A DNA stretch of 64,000 nt from Azolla caroliniana (lineage: Eukaryota; Plantae; Polypodiophyta), in assembly GCA_043228905.1 (NCBI GenBank), contig JBHGNT010000006.1:8804001-8868000 (forward strand). Reading direction: 5' to 3'. Position numbers and translations under genes: made by a program. The first letter of the stretch is position 1, and the number at the start of each line of letters is the position of its first letter. Shown here piece by piece: positions 13,444 to 26,279 of this stretch. The notes under the pieces were generated by a model. The model ran no database searches and was not told the origin of the DNA. It worked only from the letters and a program-made list of their open reading frames with translations.

Positions 13444-15269
13444 ATTTATCCTCTTCCACGGACAGCCGGTATCCTTTGCAGTCTGATTGTATTAAAATGC
13501 GTGAAAACCCTATTCTGTAGACATGACAACACAAAATAATAAAACTTACATATCAGTTATATAGCCTACACAACTAGTTCACCACATTATACTCTTAAAT
13601 TCTGAGTTAAGCCACAGATATTGATTTTAGTCATTGTTGAGCCTTTTTTCTCTCTTCAGTTTTTCATCTTCTTTTGCTTCTTCTCCTTCTTTCTATCAAT
13701 ACCAACCAACCTGCATATCATCCACTGCACGCAATCTTTTGTATTCCATTCTAAGTATACCCTCAGCCTTCAGAATAGTAGGGTCTTTATATGCCACATA
13801 TTTCACAAAAACAATAGCTCAAGACACTTTCTATTATGTATATGCTATTTTGCTTCTATGATTATTTGAGAGAAGCTAAATCAATTCGTTAAAAGGCACA
13901 TAAGCCCATTAGAAAATAATAATAAATGGCTAACATACATTGTGCCAATAGAGTGGCCATGGTTGTAGATCATGACACGAGTAATTCTCGTTCAGAGAAC
14001 ATTCAGAGATCAGAAAATATAAGAATTGTTGCATGTACTCCCAGCACAATGATCATGCACCCATTGGCAATGTTTCTGAGAGACTTGCACACTAACAAAG
14101 AGATTCAATTATAATTAGGCTTGTTGTAAGAGCAGGGGAAAAGTTGAACTGGGGATTAATGCAGGCAGGGGTATGAAACTTAGGCTAAGGGGGATAGTTT
14201 AGGTTTAGGGTTTAGGGTGGACGCCTACACTACTGGACTCTGTTGAATCCCTGCTTCAACTCTAAGCCCCCTCTTACAACCACACTGACTGTTGTTGCTT
14301 TCTTTGTTAATGTGCTGGTAACTCTAAGCCTTATGTGAACCTAACCCGCTTAACTTTACTGATATCATAAGTAAATCTACCCATCAAAACTCGGTCCTTT
14401 CCGAAGGAATTGCACTAGCACAAGGCATGTTATCCTTCTCTCATGATTTTCTGTGAAATTAGAAGTTGTTTTTAGGGAAGTAGTTAGCATCCATTAAGTA
14501 AGTATGATAAGTGATCTTCCCCTCTCTCCTCTTTTTGTTGATTGGATTTTGGATGGCTATCCTACTGTATATTTCACATAGCTTCTAGCTCAAGAAGTTG
14601 AGCATCGATGACATAAATGGAATGTTTTAGTTAAAGGGAAATGAAAAAATAGGCAAGATCAACATTGAATCCTTTCTTCTCTCTGTTGTTTCTCAATCTC
14701 TATTCATGGGATTTTCGTAAAAAGGTTTGCATTTTATGGAGGTGATGGTGGTGTTCTTTTTTCCTCTTGCTTTGTCGCAGATATCAGCATATACAAAATA
14801 TGTTGCTTTCTTCATACACTCTTCTTTTATTTCTTGTTTTCGTTCTTTCTTCGCCTTCTACATCTCTTCTGCTTCTTCTTTTTCTTGGTCTTCTCTCCTG
14901 TCTTCTTTCTCGTAATGTTCTTTCTGACTTTTTTTTCCCCTGTCATCCATTCATTCTTCTTCTCTTGTTCTTGGTTGATGTTATTCTTTCTGTATTCATT
15001 TTCTCCCTTCTTTTTCTGTTCTTCTGCATCCTCTCTTCCTTCCCGTATTCTTCTTGTTCCATATTCGTACTTAACCAGAGGTGATGCGAACTAATGAAAT
15101 CCGATCTAAGGAAACCCAGAGGAACACACAGAAACAGGAAAGAAAGTAGGGGAAGAATTAGAACATACCAGGAGTGTGAGAAGGCAATCTGCTCTGCACC
15201 TTCTTGGGGAAACCCTAGAAAGTAGACGACAGACAGACAGACGCTCAAATCTGTCTCTAAATTATGATA

Positions 15270-15400
15270 TATGTATATAATGTATGTATGTATGTATGTA
15301 TATAATGTATGTATGTATGTATGTATGTATGTATGTATGTATGTATGTATGTATGTATGTATGTATATAATGTATGTATGTATGTATGTATGTATGTGTA
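15270..15400. repeat. (TATG)n microsatellite
   Basis: About 30 TATG units with TATAA interruptions. Confidence 0.95.
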
Positions 15401-16848
15401 TATGCATCATATATCATTATGTATATAGTTTCCTTCTTATTTTGGGGAATTTACAAACTTAACCCCTCCATACATACACTACTACATACATATACATATG
15501 TATGTATTTCCTCACAATTCCTCATGTATTCACACATGAATGATGAGACAAACAACACATGCGACCGATCGATCGATCCTCTCCTTATCTCCCCACGATT
15601 GATTGATTGATTGTCCTTCTTACCATTCTTGCATTTGCAGAGAAAACATGTTTGGTTGACCGATTGCCTGATCGACACGTAATTATTGCTCATGTATCGC
15701 ATTAAATTGAGAATGAAAACGGGGATATTGTATCTGACCATTTAATGGTAGCTCTACAAAAAGGGCTCACCAAGGGAATTTGAGCGAATATTGAAAACAC
15801 AAGGGTTTTTCGGGAAAGAAACAAAGACAAATGTGGGTACGACAAATCTTTTCCCCTATATTTAACTCAGAGGATAAGGGCTTCTGTCTCCCAAATATTG
15901 CAAAGTGAGGAAATCAATCGCTTGTGTCATAGCTATGAGAAGTTAATTTGAGCATATGCTATGTGTTGTGCAAATTCGTTAGCAAGTTAAGCATAACGTT
16001 AACGAGGAATTTTAAAGCTAATTTTAAGGGTAAGATAGATAGGAAATGAGTTATCCTAAGAGAACGAGGATAAAGCTATTAGGACCTATGACACATGGGA
16101 ACACATGGTGGTTTAGGAGCCTTTGGTGTTGGATCATATAAAGTGGACTAGGTATCCCCTTCATTACAACATCGTGACATGTTGTCGAAACTATTGATGA
16201 GGCTAAACTACCAAGGTTTATGACATTGGTGGGGGTTTTCTTCAAGTCTTTCACATCTTTTCCCTAATCTCTTATTACATTGCTCATCATTAGTTCAATC
16301 TATAATATCAAAGTAGTACCAATGTTTTTTCTCCTCTCTTTCGTTGTGTGTTTGGGAATAAATTATAGTTAATAAGATTATTTATCAATCCAAGAACAAT
16401 GCATTGAGAATTTGGTATTCAAAGCTTTGATACAAAAAGTGGCAATGATACTTATCTTGGGTTCTTTTGGGGAAGTTTGTGCTCTTAAAGCTTATTGCTA
16501 TAAATGCTAATTAAAGTTGTCAAACTCTATGAATTAATCCCTTATGTTCTTGAGATTTCTCAACATCCATTACATAGTTGTAAATCCCCACTAACCATTT
16601 AATTCCCTTGTTCCAACTTCCACGGATATGAACTTCTTTGTTTGGAATTCTAGATCCATGAAAACGCACCTATATTCTAGTTTACTCAAGTTACCATGGT
16701 TATGAGAAGAGACGGTGAAAACTTCCTTGCAATATATAATAATAATGAAGAGAAGAGTTGTTTTGGGTCAAACCATCGGGGTTGTAGCAATTAACAAGAT
16801 TGAATGGAAGGGGAGGAAAAGAAAAGAAGATTGTATTACATTAGATAT

Positions 16849-16935
16849 AAGTACACACATTGAAAATGTGTGTACTTAGGTCCCATGGGTCATTGAAAAT
16901 GTAAAATACCAATGGGCCTAAGTACACACATTTTC
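16849..16935. repeat. Short inverted-repeat (hairpin) element
   Basis: GAAAATGTGTGTACTTAGG(T)CCCAT.GGT (16862-16890) pairs with 16908-16935. An overlapping palindrome AAGTACACACATT-gaa-AATGTGTGTACTT lies at 16849-16877. Confidence 0.8.
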
Positions 16936-19785
16936 TTAATGTTTGTCTTTTTCATACGAAGGAATATTCATACTTCAAAGCACAAGGTCTCAATGTGTGG
17001 ATAAGGGATACACCTTTTAGATGTTCTATTTAATGACAACTCATCACCCCCTCTTAATATGTCATCATAGCTTCACAAACGGCACTATATGTGGAGCATG
17101 TAAAAAGCAAATGATAATCACCCTTTACCAACCCTTCATCACATACATTACATGCATTTATATTTGATGGATTGTGATGCTATAATGCAACTTCAATACC
17201 TAGATCGTGTGATCGAGTGTGAAGGAGTGACAAGGCTGCATGAGCGTTAATACTCATGTTAGTTATAAGATAAGGTTGTGTATGATCAATAGACCTTGTC
17301 TTATATTCAACCCAACATTTACAATGTAATATTCTAATTTTGTCCTTTTACCATTTTCCCTCTTCTTCTTTAGTGGTTTCGTTAACCTCTCCTCAATAAC
17401 TACATATTTGTGAGGATCACTTGAAAGTTCCAAATGGGAAATAAGAGAAATATGTAGATATATTACCAAAAGACAAAGATTATGAATGATCCACCGAGGA
17501 TTATAGCACTTTCTTATATAGCATGGTTGGACACATGCATACTCACCACCTCACAACCATGCATGATCGTTATGTGGCATTCATGCTCTATTAAACATTA
17601 CAATTATTAGGTATAATATCATATATCCTAGAGGTTATGGGATTTTATAAGAATCTTTACGATGATTATGGCATTTTATGTATATGTGTTAAAATCTTTA
17701 CGATGATTATGACATTTTATGTATATGCTCATAGCACAAATAATTATGGTATTTTTTTTACCTCTAAAGATGACAATAAGATCTATCCATCTATCTAGTT
17801 ATCTCCCTACTCATAGAAGGAGCCTTCAATGTGTCATAGGATTGTAGCATCATTGGTGAGATGCCCAATGGATGCTTAAGTTATACAATTTCACAAAATT
17901 ATTTTTTATCCAGTATCATGGTTTTTGTCTAGATTTTATCAATTTGACGAAAATAACATCAACTAGATGATGCAACTAAAATTTTGATAGATAAAACTAT
18001 TTTGATTTTGGAATATGATAAAAATACGTACAACAAAATTATTGGATTGGCACTAATGTATAATAAGGTAAATATTCATCTAGTTTGGAATTTGTAATTG
18101 AAACAATTAGCATCATCATCTCAATTATATTGTTGATAAGTGGCTCAAAGAGACATGTAGCTCCAAACCCTTGGATTCCCTAGGAGGAAGATTGGTGCAA
18201 TTATGTCAACAAATAGTGGCTATATATTGGAACAAAGATCACACCCCATATTCATCCAACCCAACCATTCAAGCCTTTCGTTCATTCGTGTGTCTTCCCT
18301 CATCTAATCAATGATCATGTCATACAAGTAGTAATCATTTCAATTGTAAAGAACTCAAACAATGTTCATTTGAATTGCCACCATTATGGTAACTTGTAGG
18401 ATATATTATTACTAGCTACCAAAGTGGTGAGCTTAATTATTACCAGAGAGTTTGTGATTGAGCCATTCATTGAAACAAAAGCACAATCGATACCACATTC
18501 CATAAAATTATAACTACCATAGTGATGAGCCATATTACTACTAGAGACTTTGTGATTGAGCCATTCCTTGAGGCACAAGCACAAGCAATACCACATTTCA
18601 TAAAATAATCTACGTCAATTCTATCCTAAACAAGTTTCGACATTGTCTTTGAGATATTAGAAATAATATTCGTCATACATACACAAGGAGCACGGGGAAT
18701 AATACCATTTGAAACAGGATATGTACATAGTCTCATATTCTTGAACTTGATCGAAGGGTGATTTCTCGATTTATGTATAAGCCACCTTGTATAGTCTTTC
18801 TATAATAACCTCTCCTAACTAATAGGAAAGTAGCTTCTTTTTTGGGGGAAAAAAAAACCATTTCAAACTACATAGTTCTAAAATATAGCAAATCTAATTG
18901 AAAACTAGTTACTTTTTCTAAGAGAGTCAAATTAGCAAAGCACTTTCACCTTAAGTTCAAACAAAACATAAACCACATAACCTAACACGTAACAACTCAA
19001 AAGAAAACTTAAGGACAAAAAATGGACTAAAGAATATCACACTTTCAACCTACTTCTTAAAAATCATCTAAAATTTGCTGGTGATCCAAAATAACTGACA
19101 AGTTTGTATCTTGACGTTCAAGAAGCTTTTTGTTTTCACACAGCTCACATATAAGGTAGATATGACAGTGGGAAAAATGAAAGCTTGTGAACTATCATGT
19201 ATTATGATAATTACCATGTATGGCAGTTCATATTTGTTTTATCACAGCTTCTTATCAACAGTTATGCTCACATCACATGCGAGATATTATTGAATTGCTT
19301 GTTTGGTGATAATTGGAGAGTTAATTGTGCACAGTTATGTTTTTATACTTCAATGCTTTCTATTCATTCACATTGTTTTGTATAAGTTGCACAAGTCTTT
19401 AGACGCAAGACACTGACTGCCAAAAAGAAAACGACACTTGATTTGTGATTCATTACAAGGCATAATCACAGAGAACGCGGGTGTTGAAACCCAGATACAT
19501 TTACAAATTAGCATCATATCAACCAGTCGCTTTTCATTTTTTGGATTCTTTACCATTTTCACAAGAGACCAAATGAGGACCAAAATATGAGCTTCCATTA
19601 TCTAGTGGGTATGGTACACATCATCAAAGTTTGAATGAATGAATAAATGGATGGATGAAACATAACATCTGGTATGTCTAGAATTCCAAGGCGTTTTTAC
19701 TTGATGTCTTTGATAATAAAAGAAGAGAGTTCAGACCTTGTATATATAGAAGAAAACAAATGGACCTGAATGAATTCAATTTTAC

Positions 19786-22700
19786 TCAGGGCAAAACAGA
19801 GTCATTCAGTCTTGTGTCATCCTTCACTCCAGGCACGGCCTCACGCTGATGTAGAGATGATCTACAATTTGAGGGTACATAAGCAAATTTACTTAGTTCA
19901 TCAGCACCTTTAAGTTCCGAAGAAGCCCTGCACCTAAATTCCCATTCAGACCACAAAAGTGATGTATCTTAGGCATAACATGCATGCCTACACATGCATC
20001 TATATCCAAATAATTTACCTATTGACTTTTTCTCTTATACACGGTTTAATTGGCCTCCTTAGACCACTGGCACGAGCTCCAGCTGCTGAACACCGGAAAG
20101 GAGCAATGGTGGACACAAATTTTTCCATAGACTTTCTGGCTATAGCAGCATATTGTTCAATGTGAGAGGTGTCTGATGCAAATTTGCCCATCAGAACACC
20201 CTCTCCTAAAAGCTTACTGCTAAATATAGGAACATGCTTCCCTGTTCATATGAGTAAACAAAAGAATACATTAGGAAACCATCATTTTCAGCACAATAAG
20301 GAAATATTGCCTGGCAAAATATATTGCTCCAATACACTTTTAGTGTAGACATAGATACAGTGTATACATGCACGTAGCACTTGTGGATATGCAGACACAT
20401 ATTATAGATAAAAATAACTTGGTGGTGGCAGAATACAGTCTATTATTTCTTTTTAACTAATTGTTTCAGTATAAGTAGGACCACATTGTTTATAGCATTG
20501 AGGACATGGGTTCAAACCTAATAAGTGAACTGTTGATTGGGATATGTATCATATACTTGCATGTGTCATTCACAGTTGGGCATGCAAACTCAAGGCCATC
20601 AATTTACTTCCGCAACCTAAGGTTTGCAAACGATAGGTAGCATTTCCTTGCTTTTGACAATGGTAATAACAAAGAGAAGAAGTGAATTGTCCACTTACTT
20701 TCCCCAGCAGAAATATGATCTATTGATTTTCCAGTCTTTTGCTTAACTGATTTCCCACAGTTTCTCACCTATAAAACAAACATCAAACTTATGTTTGTAA
20801 GTCCATAGTACATGTAGCTTTGAATAAGTGTTTTCCTTATGATATAAGCATACATCCAAGGCTGCATCAATTCCGGGAGTAGAATGTTTCCCCAGATCTT
20901 CAAGTAACTCAACATTGGCATCGAGATTGGTGTTTCCAACTAATTTTGAACTTTCAATTGAGGTATAGGTTCCACTTGTACTCATGAGTTGTTCAGCATC
21001 CAGCTCCTTTGTAGGATTTTCATATACTTTTTTCTTTGAAAAGTACATACTCCGAACCATACACTTTCCTGGATAACTATTGTCGAAGGAACGCTTCTTT
21101 CTTGCATCTACAAGGTCCTTTCCCAGTGATTCCGTAATGCTTTGGGGTGTCAAAACTATCACAGATATGTTAGAACTCAGAAGTTTGCATCGAGTAGCAC
21201 ATTGTACAGAAAATACATAAAGAGGAGAATACCTCTTTCCTCTGGATCTGAGATTGGTGAAGCTCTGCAAGCCTGCAATAAAATTCCATTGAGTGATTTA
21301 CATACATGTCAGCCTTTATGCTAAATTCAATAAATAATTAACATTGTTCAAATGTAAGCATTTGTTGAGATTGTACCATATTATATTTAGTCAAAAATTT
21401 CTACAAACACTGCCTCTACTCTGAAATTGTGACAACGACAAATTATTTAAGAGTGTAAATATAATAGCACAACACACCAAAAAGCCCCGAAGTTTCCGAA
21501 ATTGACTACAAATATCCTTCTGTAATTAGGAGTATTTTGGCAAGTAACCAGCAAGTTAGGGGTTATTTTGGTGCTTTTTTCACAATATTAAATAAATCTA
21601 AGACCTGAGCTGAAATAACAATTCCCTTATCAATAAAAATATATAAAGTTAAAGAAATGTTTCCTTTTCTTACCAACTTAGAATTGAGGAAATTTAGCAC
21701 TTGATCCTCTTCCTCTACTGATATTGAGAAATCAAAAGATCTGCGATTTTGAGAAGCAGCAGCATTAGCTGGAGTTTCCAGCAGTGGAAAGTCCAAACGA
21801 GGTTGGGTTATAATCATGTTGCCTAATCCCACATCTTTTACTTCACCACTCATCATGTTAATCCCACTCTCGATGACATTCGCAACATTTCTTGGCAATT
21901 TAAACTGGCGTTTTGCTTCCGTAGATGGTGACACTTATAGTAAGTCAAGGAAATTTTGTAAGAAAAGTAAAAAACACCGAATTGATCCAACATTTTCACT
22001 ACATAAAGCATGGAGCTTTTAACATATGCAAATAGATGATATCGATCTTCACCATTCATGAATTGAGGATACAGAAGTAGTTTGTCAACAAATTTTTTTG
22101 GATAGGTAGATCTAATTGTCTCTTTCTACCTGTGGTTGAATAAGTAGCTGTTGCAGGCACTGAACTCTGTTCACGTCGATTTTCACAAGCATTACCAAAT
22201 CTCAAACTTATAAGAATCCTTTCAGGGAAGGAACAGAAATAAAAAGACATCAAGACCATGATAAACTCGAAATTATTGCACCTCAAAAGGTGCTCCAGTG
22301 ATAGGATCAACTTCACCTCTAGCAATGGCTTGCCCATGTTCTCGAGATATAGTTGTGACACATCAGCTAGTTAAAGAAAATTCCAAACTTCCTTGATGCA
22401 GTCTCATGTTTGACATCAGCCAAATGTAAAATTTTAATATTCAACAAGAACATGAATTTCAAAGACCACAAGGATATGGGCCAAGAAAATCGATATTCAA
22501 TATAGAGCCTGATGGAAGTGGCGTCAAATGTACAATATCCTCCAGGATTGGATCATATACCCAGTGATGTTGAAAAGTTAGGATTGCTCTCGTAAACATT
22601 TCCTCGTATGAAGGGGGAACAGTTACCCCATTGTACTGGATGTGTTTGATAACCTAAAGAAGGTAAACATGAGTTAATAAAGAAAGTGATGTGTTTACAA

Positions 22701-25134
22701 CTAGCAAGAATTGGTGAATAGAATGATTGATACCTTATGGTAATTTCCAAACCTCCTTATCAAGCCATGAGCTCTTTTCACTCCCATTCCTGGTAATGAT
22801 GGCAAATAATCACAACCACTCAGAATGCACATCTCCATTACCATCTGCTTTGTAAAGTTCGTAAAGTTCAAGTCTCTGTTATTCACAAGATCATCATATT
22901 GAAACTCCACACCTTGTCCAAACTTGTCCATTTTAAACAAAACCTGTATTTCAGCAAATCAGTTCAGCCATTTTATGAACACCGAAATCATGTTTGATAT
23001 TTGAATCCATTGAGTAAATATCTATTCAACCATGCATGCATGTATGGCCACCTAAATATGGTTTATTCTCTCACCTTCCTGCATCCAAATGGAATCGTGT
23101 CAGAATCCTCAGTAATAACAACATCGGCATGACCTTGAATAGATAAAAAGGCCAACTGCGCATCTGCTTCATATGGTGCTACAATATATGGCACCTGCTC
23201 TCGTTGCAAAACCTACACATGCCGATGTAACATCATACAAAAGATTTCCAGCTGAAAATCACACAAGAGATGCTGCTTAGCTACCTTCACAAGCTCAAAG
23301 GCTATTTGTGGAGTAATGTCAACAGCTTTTTGATAGCAATCATATGCAGCTGCATTATTTCCAGATCGTTCATGCTCTAAAGCTTTTTCCAGGTTAAGTT
23401 TCCGATATCTGGAATTTACATCGATTTTCTATGTAAAATAAGATATTCGCATGCAAGTTGTCATGATGCACTAGTGTCAAAAAACTTACCTGGCACGCTT
23501 ATTTTCTTGATTCTCCTTCATAGGCAAATGGCCTCCATCAAAAACAAGCAGGGGTTTCACACCATGCTGGCGCAGAAGATCGACTCTCCGCATACAGTAA
23601 TCAATAAACCTGCAAAATGGAGCCATAAGAGAGATTTTTTTCAAAGTTGACTTCCAAAGTATCTATCTTGGTCGTGAGGAAAGTTTGGGAAAATGAATCT
23701 AATAGATGCACAAAACTACTAGCCTATATTATACTCTCTCCGCACATGAGGAATCCACACATTCGCAAAGATTTTGATAGTGTCCAAACAAAAAATAACC
23801 ACCACTGGATATCTTTCTTATGATAATAGGTTCATAAATGTGGTGATAAACCAAAAATATATATGGTGTGCAGAGCAAAATAATCTATTGGACATTTTTT
23901 GAGGATCAATAAGAACCTATGCATCCCATTTTCCTTGCAACCAATGAGAACTCGCCAAATCAGATGCACATCAGTCCGATATTAAATGTAAACCATGCAC
24001 ATAGCCTACATTTTATAATTTAAAAAACAAGAAGCTGTCCATCCCACTTTTCTTGCAACAAATGAGAAACCACTATATCAGGTGTTAGGTGTTAGCCTAC
24101 ATTACTTACAAAGAAAAACAATAACCTATCCATTCCACTTTTCTTGCAACCAATAGTAACCTGCTACATCGCCCCTAACTGTCCCCACGGCAGCATGGAC
24201 AGGAAACAAGTTGTATTCAAAGAAAACCAAGAACTATTCAGCCAGGTTTTCTTCGAACCATTTGACCCCACCATGTCATCATGCATATTAGACAAGCCAA
24301 ACCAAGCCATAACTTGCATTTTATACAATGCATCTGCCCCACTATTCTTCCAATCAAGGAGAGCCTGCCACATCAGCCATATCCATCTCACTTTTCTCGC
24401 TACCAATGAGAACGCACCACATCTACACAACTGTTCATCCCGTATTGAATCCAAATTATGCCTTAGCAAATATTACATACAACCTATATGATCCAGTTCT
24501 AGCAACAATGAGGACACCACATTGGTATGATTGCTCACCAGAAAATTGAATCCAAACAATGACTTTTCCTAAATTGCAAACTACATATGTGCCTAACCCA
24601 TAGCAACCAATGAGAGAATCCACCATATCATCCCTACCCATTCTCTTTCTCTCGCAGGTTGCAGCAAATGAGAGCCCAGCGCATCAGCATGGATGTCATA
24701 TACCATTATATGCAAAGAAAACCAAGAAACTATCCAACCCACATTACTTGCAATCAATTAAAATTCATGAGAACCCGTTGCATCAGCATGGAAACAATGA
24801 GAAACCCATATCATATACATAGAAAAACAAGAACCTATCGACCTCACTTTTTCATGCGACCAATGCAAACATGCCATCTAAGGATGGATGTCTGGCCGGG
24901 CATGGTGTTGCCACTAATCCTTAGCCCACATTTTATACACAAAGAAGAAAAATATGTCTGTCCGACATAATACCTTGATGTTGGGAGACCATGGCAGAGC
25001 TCCTTACTACATGAAATGGCGCCTTTGTGAAGCCAACTATACGTATCCACGGCAGCCACCATCCCTGAATATTCTTTTATGTGAACAGGCGTAGTGGTTG
25101 ATTTAAGCAGAGGAAGAAGGCCTTGAATGCCCAT
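19786..25134 (-). CDS. EXO1: Exonuclease 1 (XPG/Rad2 family), multi-exon
   Basis: [12 protein letters not shown]...[57 protein letters not shown]...[27 protein letters not shown] and FQHHWVYDP are EXO1 N- and I-domain motifs. The C-terminal exon has ELSKFAY with a stop at 19786-19788. Middle and C-terminal exon boundaries are less certain. Confidence 0.95.
22352..22477 (-). other. U12-type (minor spliceosome) AT-AC intron in EXO1
   Basis: The minus-strand 5' splice site ATATCCTT follows ...FLG-CC. Branch TTCTTTAAC lies at 22370-22378 and the 3' AC at 22352-22353 (alternative AC 3 nt upstream). Splicing restores [21 protein letters not shown]. Confidence 0.88.
23920..24880. repeat. Degenerate ~100-bp repeat array in EXO1 intron 1
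   Basis: The motif TTGCAACCAATGAGAAC..CAC recurs about 9-10 times (~23935, 24052, 24143, 24398, 24500, 24601, 24659, 24793, 24855). Confidence 0.7.
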
Positions 25135-25525
25135 AACTCTAGCTCTGCCCCCAGGGTTTGCGTCGTTCAATCCATCAGATAGAGCTTTTTGGTTGTTCAG
25201 TGAAGAAGAAGAAGAAGAGAACTGAACAGGGTTGTTTCTGATGTCTCTGATGGAATTTCTATAGGGAAACCATTGTTATTAGGGTATGTATTATTTCACT
25301 GCTTCATTCTGCGATTTGCTCGTCTTCTTCTTCTTCTTCTTCTTCTTCTTCTCCTCCTCCTCTGCTGCGCACGTCGTCGCCATTTCCCGCTCTTTGAGAA
25401 GAAGCTTTTCATTCGCATCTTCATCTGGTTCAACTGGTTTCACACTTTTTGTCCGGACAAAATGGCTTTTGAACGCCTTCCCACCTCAAGGTTTTGTTAA
25501 ACCCCCCCCCCCCCCCCCCCCGCCC

Positions 25526-25937
25526 AAACAATCGGTTCGATTCGGTTCAGGTTCAGGTTTTTAAAAACGGTTCGGTTCGGTTTCAACAGTCAGAAACCGC
25601 AGTTAAATCGGTTTATTTATTTTTATATTTTAAAAAAGTTTTAAATTTTGTTTTTAAACAATCTTTTCATTTTTAGACCTTATTCTCACATTTTAGGAAC
25701 ATCTTTAAAATTTAAAAATAATGAAATATTATAATTAAAAATAATAATTTAATTGACCTAAGTTGAAAACCGAAACCAAACCACAAAATTGTGGTTTTGA
25801 TGGTTTTGATGGTTTAATGGTTTAACAGTTTGAAAAAGTTTAACGGTTTCGTAGTTCGGTTCGATTCAGGTTTCAAAAAAAATAAACGGTTCGGTTTTAA
25901 CCTTGTCAAACCGAACCAAACCGTCGCCAATTGTTAC
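25526..25937. mobile_element. hAT-type MITE rich in GGTTCGGTT/AACCGAAC motifs, upstream of EXO1
   Basis: Inverted arrays of CGGTT/AACCG. The right end AAACCGTCGCCAATTGTTA resembles the end of the MITE at 62441-62838. The left end abuts a poly-C run. Confidence 0.65.
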
Positions 25938-26279
25938 CCCCTTTCTTCGATAGATAGCTCAAGGGTTCTACCTACACTCCACTTGAGACTAACCACACCC
26001 CCTTTCTTCGATTGTTCGAATCAGCAAGCATCATCTGCTCATTAAGGTGTGGATCCTACTAAGGCATATGAATACATAATGACTAGGGGTCACTTCGAGA
26101 TTGCTTCCGACTCGACTTTGTTATTTGAAAATAATTGATGACCAATTGTAGAAGGATGATTGTCCATTCAAATTGTAACACTTTGTATGCCATGCAAATG
26201 CATTGGGTATTACTTATGTCCATGTAACAAGCTTAACACCACATTGTGTATAAACACAAGCTCCTTGCGGACTAGAACT

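Noticed and set aside
14198-14217. TTTAGGG repeats as an interstitial telomere or fusion site
   Set aside because: Only ~3 units, consistent with a telo-box or chance.
14727-15610. Several overlapping Phe/Ser-rich or YIHT-repeat ORFs
   Set aside because: Products of a pyrimidine-rich tract and the (TATG)n microsatellite, with no domain signal.
15900-16430. Possible old LTR ending before a degenerate PBS (TGGTATTCAAAGC at ~16413)
   Set aside because: Too decayed; no partner LTR, TSD or coding remnants could be verified.
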